A stretch of DNA of 64,000 nucleotides. It comes from a bacterium (GTDB lineage: Bacteria > Zhuqueibacterota > Zhuqueibacteria > Residuimicrobiales > Krinioviventaceae). How positions within the stretch are numbered: the stretch's first letter is position 1; the number at the start of each line of letters is the position of its first letter. This document shows positions 57,523-64,000 of the stretch, one piece after another. Under the pieces are notes generated by a model. That model did no database searches. It worked only from the letters and a program-made list of their open reading frames with translations, and had not been told where the DNA came from. Made by a program: the position numbers and the translations under genes. The stretch is from the NCBI GenBank assembly GCA_963693055.1, contig OY843751.1, forward strand, positions 2,272,001-2,336,000. The letters run 5' to 3'.

Positions 57523-58641
57523 TTAGATTTTTTTGATTTCGGTTTTGATACCCATCGTATCTATATCACGAATAAACTGTACAGGATCTACTATATTGGC
57601 TTGATACCATAAACCGGTTTGCTTAATTGTTCCTTCGTTGTATTGTTTTAAACATGCAACCACAGGTACGGCTGTTAAAAAGTAACCATCTGTGTGCATC
57701 AAGTTGATTTGAATTTTAGATTTTTTATCGTTTGTGAACCCATCCGCTTCCAGATTTAACATGGTAATAAATGGAGGTTTACTGAATTTTTGCAAACTCC
57801 ATTGAAACAGTTTGCCCATTTTCTTTTCAGATTTGGGAAACCATTTTAATCCCAGCATTACAATTGGGGTAATGAGATAATCTGTAACCCCATTAAAGCC
57901 GGCAATATAGAAACCGGTTTCCTGTAAAGAGGGCACAAGATATAACAATTCTTCAAATTCATTCATAACCATTGCAATACAATTTGTTTTACCAACAGGA
58001 TACCCAAAGTCGTATTTGGGCATGTTTTTATAAGCGAGGGTTACCCATTCTCTGTTTTTAATTATCTGAGGTTTGTAATCTTTAAATTCATTGACCATTT
58101 CAAGAACGGTTGATTCTGAAAATGAATAAGCATTCCAGTCCAGACGAATTGTGCTATAAATATTACCTGTAACCAACTCATTCATCTCTTTGGCTGCATA
58201 TCGGACCAACGCTGCAGGAACGCCCGGATGAAATCCTGCATCTGTAATAAAGAGCCGCTCATTCCTGAGTATTTCGGTTTTAAAGGATTTTAATGTATTC
58301 AGCTTTTGATGATTAGATAATTGCGTGTCCAAATAATCGGTTCCGGTGGTCAATGCTGCTTTTACCGCACTTTCAACATATTCCATCGTGCTTGATGCCA
58401 TTACAGCCATATCTGCAAGGTTAAATGCAGTTTCAAGACTCTTTTGATTTGCTGCATCTACTTTTAAAGAATGTACCCGATTACCCGAAAACATTTTGTT
58501 CAACTCGTCGGATGTTTCCTGAGCACGAATTTTGTTCCTTCCCGCAATGATGACATTTGAATCTGTGTGTAATAACAGTAATTCAGCTATCTGGAAACCT
58601 GTGTTTCCATAACCACCAACAATCAGGAATGTTTTGCTCAT
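57523..58641 (-). CDS. Saccharopine dehydrogenase-like NAD(P)-binding oxidoreductase
   Basis: 'IVGGYGNTG', 'IIAGRN', 'DYLD', 'TDAGFHPGVP'. Confidence 0.85.
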   Translation of the reverse strand: MSKTFLIVGGYGNTGFQIAELLLLHTDSNVIIAGRNKIRAQETSDELNKMFSGNRVHSLKVDAANQKSLETAFNLADMAVMASSTMEYVESAVKAALTTGTDYLDTQLSNHQKLNTLKSFKTEILRNERLFITDAGFHPGVPAALVRYAAKEMNELVTGNIYSTIRLDWNAYSFSESTVLEMVNEFKDYKPQIIKNREWVTLAYKNMPKYDFGYPVGKTNCIAMVMNEFEELLYLVPSLQETGFYIAGFNGVTDYLITPIVMLGLKWFPKSEKKMGKLFQWSLQKFSKPPFITMLNLEADGFTNDKKSKIQINLMHTDGYFLTAVPVVACLKQYNEGTIKQTGLWYQANIVDPVQFIRDIDTMGIKTEIKKI

Positions 58642-58653
58642 ATATTCCTCGAA

Positions 58654-59880
58654 TTAAAAGTAAACCCTTAATCTGGCAAGTCCACCATTGCCCATGTTTT
58701 GAGCATAGCATCTGCCATTTTCACCGGTATAATAATTACCAAAAACAGTCAATTCTACATCCTGGAATACACTGTATACTATTATTGGAACAAGTGCTGC
58801 TGAACCATCACTAATGCTGTATATTGTCGATAATCCGGCTGAGATGAGATCTGTAACCGGATATTGGACCAAGCCGGAGAACTGGTCTCTTGATAGTGTT
58901 TTCATTTCCGCTGAAAACATCCACATCCAATCATTCAAGTCATAATTCTGCCAATCAGATTTTGCCATTGAATTGTGATAATATTCACCCATGATATACA
59001 AACCCGATTCAAATGTATAATCAACACCTGCAATCCATTCCCAATGGCCTTTTATTGATTCAATCTCAATTTCGGATTTATTGTCCACTTTATTATAGGC
59101 ACCTTCTGCCCATACACCCAGACCCAATAATTCTCCAACCAGATCTCCACCAATCAAGTCTCTTTTATAATTCACTGTTTGAAAGGAATAATAATCTGTA
59201 ATGTTCCAGTACCTGCTTGTTCCCATAACAGACACGTCAAAATGCCCCAGCCTGCTTTTGAGTTTAAGCATTTTTGCAGTATCTTTCCATTCTTCTCCTG
59301 CGGCAAGAATTGAGACCAATCCAAACCTGTCACCCAATGGCATTTCAAGCTTGATGGCATTTTGTCCGGGTTGTTCATAAGTGGGATCAAGAATATCTTT
59401 GTGATTGAATATATCTGTGGGATTCCAGGTATAACCTGTACCCATGGGTAACTGTTGTTTACCGATTGTAAGGTCAAATTTGTCAAATGCCAATCTTACA
59501 TATGCATTGTCTAAAAATATTTTATCTGGTCTGTCAACATACATGGGACCCATATTTGAAACCATATCCCCAAAGTTGAAAACAAAGTAAGGCTTAATCA
59601 TTGCCGGCACCTGAGCGGAAATATGAGAGGGAAGATAGTCCAGCATGTCCCATTCGGTTTTGCCATGATAGGTGATATAATCAAAATTAGCGCCAAAAGA
59701 AACTCTGTCTGAAAGATCTTTGGCAATGTCTACACGGAGTTTATTTGAACTGATATTGTAATAATTGTCTTTAAAGTTTAGCACAGTGTATTGGGGCTCA
59801 AAATATCCAAATATATCCAATTCCTGAGCTGAGAGGAAGGAGGTTAGCAATAACAGAACTATTAATAAATGTTTTGTCAT
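58654..59880 (-). CDS. Outer-membrane beta-barrel (porin/DUF1302-like)
   Basis: Signal peptide; 'LDNAYV...LTIGKQQL.MG.G..WNPTDIFN', 'GVWAEGAY', C-terminal 'RLRVYF'. Confidence 0.72.
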   Translation of the reverse strand: MTKHLLIVLLLLTSFLSAQELDIFGYFEPQYTVLNFKDNYYNISSNKLRVDIAKDLSDRVSFGANFDYITYHGKTEWDMLDYLPSHISAQVPAMIKPYFVFNFGDMVSNMGPMYVDRPDKIFLDNAYVRLAFDKFDLTIGKQQLPMGTGYTWNPTDIFNHKDILDPTYEQPGQNAIKLEMPLGDRFGLVSILAAGEEWKDTAKMLKLKSRLGHFDVSVMGTSRYWNITDYYSFQTVNYKRDLIGGDLVGELLGLGVWAEGAYNKVDNKSEIEIESIKGHWEWIAGVDYTFESGLYIMGEYYHNSMAKSDWQNYDLNDWMWMFSAEMKTLSRDQFSGLVQYPVTDLISAGLSTIYSISDGSAALVPIIVYSVFQDVELTVFGNYYTGENGRCYAQNMGNGGLARLRVYF

Positions 59881-60635
59881 TTTTTCAACTCTCTTTCGGT
59901 AAACATTTCATCATCCAAATCAATATTATATTGAATGTCTTTGATTTTCATTATTGTATTTGTATTGTCATTATGGTTTACCATTTCCATAAAGGTACCT
60001 GTGGGAATGTTATCAATGACTTTGATTTCTTTTTGGTACAAAGATTTTTCAACCCGGTTAGCATCGTCTTTATAATAATCAATTACAACCGGTACAAAGT
60101 TTTCTTTGACTACCCACATGACCATTTTAATATAAGCCGAGCTAGCATCCGGTTTGCGGTTTAATTCTAATTTAAAGCAATTGTAACCTTCTTTTTCTTC
60201 GTTACCGGTTATGGTAGTTGTAAAATCGGTTAAAAAGGCGTTTGATGCACCCATATCTTCGTACGAAAAATCACTGCCTTCCATTTTTTGTTTTTTTGCA
60301 TGTGTTGCCAGTTTTCTAACACGCTTTGTCCGTACAAAATAGGACCATATATCATCTGCATTGTTGAGCATTAATATTTTTTGTCCTTTAACTCGCTGCG
60401 GAGATTGATAGATCATCAGGTTTTTTTCGCCCTTGTCTTTTGAATAGGTAAGGTATTCAAAAGTGCGCTTGTCCCCACTGGATGTGGTAATTGTCATTTC
60501 CATTGTTGCTTTGCTTGACGGTTGATTCATCAAATCATTTACTTTGGTTATAATTTCATTTGCTGTGGGTTCAGCAGCAAATGATGATATAGTTAAGAGT
60601 AAACCTAAAAATAAGGGGATTGTTTTAAACTTCAT
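59877..60635 (-). CDS. LolA-like outer-membrane lipoprotein-sorting protein
   Basis: 'P..VKGQKIL', 'W.Y....KRVRKL', 'MEGSDFSYEDM', 'LDDEMFTEREL'. Confidence 0.85.
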   Translation of the reverse strand: MKFKTIPLFLGLLLTISSFAAEPTANEIITKVNDLMNQPSSKATMEMTITTSSGDKRTFEYLTYSKDKGEKNLMIYQSPQRVKGQKILMLNNADDIWSYFVRTKRVRKLATHAKKQKMEGSDFSYEDMGASNAFLTDFTTTITGNEEKEGYNCFKLELNRKPDASSAYIKMVMWVVKENFVPVVIDYYKDDANRVEKSLYQKEIKVIDNIPTGTFMEMVNHNDNTNTIMKIKDIQYNIDLDDEMFTERELKK

Positions 60636-61228
60636 TCTTTTGCTCCTTTTTTAGGGTGAACAATCAAGAGAAATATACCAATTAGAAGGGCCCCAAATCC
60701 AAAGACCCAGGTGAATATTTCAAGCCCATATTCCAGGAAAATGGAAACTGCTAAAATGCCGCTGATAACCTGTATTTCACAAAAAAATAATAATATTTTG
60801 CGGATGCTAAATATGACCATTGAAAACATTGCTATACCTGTAGAAATTAACCAGAGTCCCGGAATATATATAGCTTGATCAATCTGTATAAATACAGTAG
60901 TAAATATGATAGGGAATAGGAAAATACTAAATGCAATTCCCCACATTTTCATCAAAAATGGATTAAAAGGTTCAATACCCCGGGATTTAGCTTCTCTAAA
61001 CCAAAAGAATGTTTCCAGTGTACCGCCTATAATAAAAATTATGATCCATAAATTGAGAATAAAAGAAAACTGACTGGTTTTAATTAACCATTCTGTGATT
61101 AATCCACCAATCAATCCCAGAATTCCCCATTCAATCCATTGCCATGGGGAGAAAAACATACGATCTGTTGCCTTATCCATCAAATCACGGATATATTTGA
61201 TCTGGTCAAGTGCTTCTTCCTGTTTCAT
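60632..61228 (-). CDS. Hypothetical integral membrane protein (about 6 TM) coupled to the wHTH regulator
   Basis: 'EALDQIKYIRDLM' N-terminal helix followed by hydrophobic segments. Confidence 0.7.
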   Translation of the reverse strand: MKQEEALDQIKYIRDLMDKATDRMFFSPWQWIEWGILGLIGGLITEWLIKTSQFSFILNLWIIIFIIGGTLETFFWFREAKSRGIEPFNPFLMKMWGIAFSIFLFPIIFTTVFIQIDQAIYIPGLWLISTGIAMFSMVIFSIRKILLFFCEIQVISGILAVSIFLEYGLEIFTWVFGFGALLIGIFLLIVHPKKGAKE

Positions 61229-61240
61229 TGTCCCACCATT

Positions 61241-61546
61241 TTATTTGTTAATACCTTTAATGATTTGCTCCAGCATTTCTAAATAATTCTCGAATGCTTT
61301 TTTGCCTTTTTCTGTAATGCTGAACGTAGTGCGTGGTTTATTTTCTACAAATTCTTTTGTAACCGTAATATACTCGTTTTGTTCAAGGACCTTCATGTGT
61401 ACGCTTGTATTACCTCGTGTTAGATTTAACTCATTTACAAGTTCAGTAAATGTTACCTGCTTTCTGGCAATAAGGATCGTCATTATTCCCAATCGCACTC
61501 TGTCATGAAAAATTTTGTCTAGTTTGTTTGTTAGTTCTGTAACCAT
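61241..61546 (-). CDS. Winged-helix (ArsR/MarR-like, HTH_34) transcriptional regulator
   Basis: 'LDKIFHDRVRLGIM..L', 'FTEL...L.LTRGN.S.H.K.LE..EYI...K.F...KPRT...IT.KG..AF..Y'; ATG at 61546 with GAGGA SD. Confidence 0.88.
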   Translation of the reverse strand: MVTELTNKLDKIFHDRVRLGIMTILIARKQVTFTELVNELNLTRGNTSVHMKVLEQNEYITVTKEFVENKPRTTFSITEKGKKAFENYLEMLEQIIKGINK

Positions 61547-61570
61547 AAATCTATATTCCTCGACGTGAAC

Positions 61571-61597
61571 AAACTTGTTTGTATCACAAACATGTTT
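61571..61597. promoter_or_regulatory. Palindromic operator upstream of the wHTH regulator
   Basis: AAACTTGTTTGT-ATC-ACAAACATGTTT, 11/12 inverted match. Confidence 0.65.
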
Positions 61598-61709
61598 ACG
61601 TAAAGATAGGAATAATTGTTTCATAATCAAGAATTTTTTTTTATTTTATTTATGAAATATTAAGGCTTGAAGACTGTTATATTATTCTCATATGAACAGG
61701 AGTATTTTT

Positions 61710-61931
61710 ATGTCTGATGATTCTCACAATGCGGGTGTTTCAACATCACAAATTAAGTTTTGTGATTTGCGCTGCGAGCATGCAGAGTTTCCCAAGCTTC
61801 ACAGTGTAGATGGTTCAAACAGTTGCAGAACTTTTGCAGCATTATACTGTAAAGAACTGGATCAATTGGTTACAAAAAACGCACCTTGTGCTGTCATTTT
61901 TGGCAAGCGTCGTCCGAAATCAAATATTTAA
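61710..61931 (+). CDS. Small cysteine-rich hypothetical protein (73 aa)
   Basis: AGGAG SD; five Cys (FCDLRC, SCRT, LYCK, APC); 15 bp upstream of the next gene. Confidence 0.65.
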   Translation: MSDDSHNAGVSTSQIKFCDLRCEHAEFPKLHSVDGSNSCRTFAALYCKELDQLVTKNAPCAVIFGKRRPKSNI

Positions 61932-61946
61932 AGAGGGAATAGGGGT

Positions 61947-62825
61947 TTGAAGAAAATCTTGATTACCGGTGCAAGTGGATTTCTAGGCGGACATGTCTAT
62001 AAACTTGCAAGGGAGCGGTTTGAAACGTATGCCGGTTTCCATGATCATGTAATTAATGAAAAAGGAGAGTGGGTTCAGCTTGATCTGACTGATGCTGAAA
62101 ATCTATCTCTGGTCATTTACAAGATTAAACCCGATGTGGTTGTACATTCCGCTGCTATTAGCAATCTGGATTTATGTGAAAAAGATCCCGAATTTGCTTT
62201 TAAAGTAAATACCAAAAGTACAATACATTTGGCCCAACTTGCCAAAGAAATGAAATTCAGATTGATCTTTATCTCCACGGATATGGCCTTTAATGGCCAA
62301 TCCGGGATGTACAAGGTTTCTGATAATGTTTCTCCCATTTCCATTTATGGTAGATCCAAAGTTAATGCTGAAAAAGCAATTCTTGATAAACAGATTGATA
62401 CTGTCATCATTCGATCAGCATTGATCTATGGGCATCCTGCAACCGGGGGGAGTTCTTTTTCCATGTGGATAGAAAACCAGCTTGTTGAAAAAAAACCGGT
62501 TGCATTGTATCATGATCAGTTCAGAACCCCCATTCTGGTGAATAACCTTGCACGGTTGATCATAGAGCTTACCGAATCAAATGTAACGGGAATTATACAT
62601 GGCGGGGGAAGTGAGCGAATTGATAGATATCATTTTGGACTGAAAATGTGTGAATTGGGCGGATTTGATTCATCATTATTATCAACAATATCCATGCATC
62701 AACATAATCCACCAGCGCCAAGGCCAAAGGATGTTTCTTTGGATATTTCAAATACACTGCAACAATGCAATACACCCATTCTGGATGTTGAAGCGGGGTT
62801 GGCTGAAATGTTTAAAGCGAATTAA
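61947..62825 (+). CDS. RmlD-like extended SDR oxidoreductase (dTDP-4-dehydrorhamnose reductase family)
   Basis: 'ITGASGFLG', 'PDVVVHSAA', 'ISTD..F.G', 'YGRSK' (YxxxK), 'DQFRTP', 'APRP.DVSLD'. Confidence 0.88.
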   Translation: MKKILITGASGFLGGHVYKLARERFETYAGFHDHVINEKGEWVQLDLTDAENLSLVIYKIKPDVVVHSAAISNLDLCEKDPEFAFKVNTKSTIHLAQLAKEMKFRLIFISTDMAFNGQSGMYKVSDNVSPISIYGRSKVNAEKAILDKQIDTVIIRSALIYGHPATGGSSFSMWIENQLVEKKPVALYHDQFRTPILVNNLARLIIELTESNVTGIIHGGGSERIDRYHFGLKMCELGGFDSSLLSTISMHQHNPPAPRPKDVSLDISNTLQQCNTPILDVEAGLAEMFKAN

Positions 62826-62895
62826 TTCATTGGGAATATACCTTTTATGAGTTTAGTTACATAAAACTCGATTGTAGTGTAGAAAGGATAAAAGA

Positions 62896-63435
62896 ATGAA
62901 CACGATAGGTTTTAAAGAGAGCATGGAGCTATGGAGAACCCCGGAAAGGGTTGTTCTGGTTACCAGTATAGATAAGCAGCAGGTACCACACGTGATAACT
63001 GTTAGTTGGTTTAGTAGGGTGTCATTTGATCCGCCCATGTTTGCGGTAGCTATAGGAAATAACAGAACCATGTATGATTTGATAAATGAATCAAAGGAGT
63101 TGGTCATTGCTATACCTGGTCCTGAACTTGCGGAGGCTGTTTTAGGTTGTGGTAAAAGTGGTCAAGAACTGGAAGATCGTTTTGAAAAGTATGGTATTGA
63201 AACCAAAGCCGGAAAAGAAGTTAAAAGCCCACTATTGGCAAATTGTTTGGTCAATTACGAGTGCCTGGTTAAAGAACAAGTAGTTGCTGGTGACCATACT
63301 GTTTTTATTGTCAAAGTTAAGCAAAGTTGGGCTTCTGACAATCCATCCCAAAACCTGATATTAATTGGAGATGACTCTGGTTATAATTTACTTGCTGAAA
63401 GCGGCCCCTATAAAGTTGGCACTGTTATGAAATAG
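62896..63435 (+). CDS. Flavin reductase-like (FMN-binding split barrel) protein
   Basis: 'VVLVTS', 'VSFDPPM.AVAI', 'G.SG...DRF', 'P.L......ECLV', 'GDHTVFI'. Confidence 0.88.
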   Translation: MNTIGFKESMELWRTPERVVLVTSIDKQQVPHVITVSWFSRVSFDPPMFAVAIGNNRTMYDLINESKELVIAIPGPELAEAVLGCGKSGQELEDRFEKYGIETKAGKEVKSPLLANCLVNYECLVKEQVVAGDHTVFIVKVKQSWASDNPSQNLILIGDDSGYNLLAESGPYKVGTVMK

Positions 63436-63445
63436 TTGTTAGTTC

Positions 63446-63474
63446 AAACCGCTGTTAATCACAGCGGTTTTTTT
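63446..63474 (+). terminator. Rho-independent terminator
   Basis: AAACCGCTGT-loop-ACAGCGGTTTTTTT. Confidence 0.85.
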
Positions 63475-63532
63475 ATTATGATTATCCCTCAAATTTACTT
63501 AATTTCTCTTTTATACAAGATCGGATTTATTA

Positions 63533-64000
63533 ATGAATAAAGGTGTTATATACGCGGCACTTGCCTATTTGTTGTGGGGTGTTTTTCCTGTATTTTGGAA
63601 AGCTGTTCAACATGTACCCGCATATGAGAGTTTGGGACATCGTATGTTTTGGACTTTTATAATTGCCGCGTTATTATTGATCATACGTAAAGACAAGTTA
63701 TTTTTTATTAAAATCAGGCAACCTAGAACTCTACTTGCTTTTATCGGTTCAAGTTTTCTTATTGTTCTCAACTGGTTCACTTTTATCTGGTCGGTGAATA
63801 ATAATTATATTCTTGAAGTCAGTTTGGGATATTTTATTAATCCATTGGTCCATGTATTGTTTGGTATCATCTTTTTAAAAGAGAGGTTGCGCAAAATACA
63901 GTTGGTTGGTATTCTGATAGCTGCCCTGGGTGTCTTATATTTGACTTTTAATTATGGAAGATTCCCCTGGATAGCTATGGTTTTGGCCATATCTTTTGCA
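63533..64000 (+). CDS. rarD: EamA-family RarD permease, truncated by the window end (absent from the ORF track)
   Basis: Translates MNKGVIYAALAYLLWGVFPVFWK...HRMFW...NWFTFIWSVN...EVSLGYFINPLV...FLKERL. Confidence 0.88.
   Translation, partial: MNKGVIYAALAYLLWGVFPVFWKAVQHVPAYESLGHRMFWTFIIAALLLIIRKDKLFFIKIRQPRTLLAFIGSSFLIVLNWFTFIWSVNNNYILEVSLGYFINPLVHVLFGIIFLKERLRKIQLVGILIAALGVLYLTFNYGRFPWIAMVLAISFA

Overview
AT-rich bacterial chromosome segment with no mobile elements, CRISPR arrays or RNA genes that I could recognise. The C-terminal 'QNFPNPFNP...GVYYYRI' sorting domain and the Bacteroidetes-like RprXY and pyruvate kinase suggest an FCB-related lineage such as KSB1 or Calditrichota (inference). 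0.2-18 kb: a membrane-anchored wHTH regulator divergent from a carbohydrate operon (SSS symporter, UroD/MtaA-like protein, GATase-like protein, Nramp-like transporter, epimerase, GH28, GH20-like and (alpha/alpha)6 enzymes), then GH2 and araD-araA. 18-28 kb: GNAT, an OM barrel and an uncharacterised envelope operon (tandem-PDZ protein, hairpin/NEW3 membrane-anchored protein, ABC ATPase, two permeases) divergent from an OmpR-type two-component system, with a 4x10-bp direct-repeat box between them. 28-34 kb: galK, a Tat-lipoprotein sulfatase apparently starting at CTG, xylA and EamA. 34-42 kb: a 2696-aa surface protein (SGNH esterase, about 15 Big-1 repeats, nested CBM-like domain, sorting domain). 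43-55 kb: beta-helix lipoprotein, ECF/anti-sigma/2xDUF4097 cluster with three shared ECF-type promoters, DUF2461, eda-pyk, REC-HDOD and a YggN-like gene. 55-64 kb: wHTH-led MMPL/LolA-like/OM-barrel operon, small Cys-rich ORF, RmlD-like SDR, flavin reductase and partial rarD. All calls come from motif recognition by eye, not from database searches.
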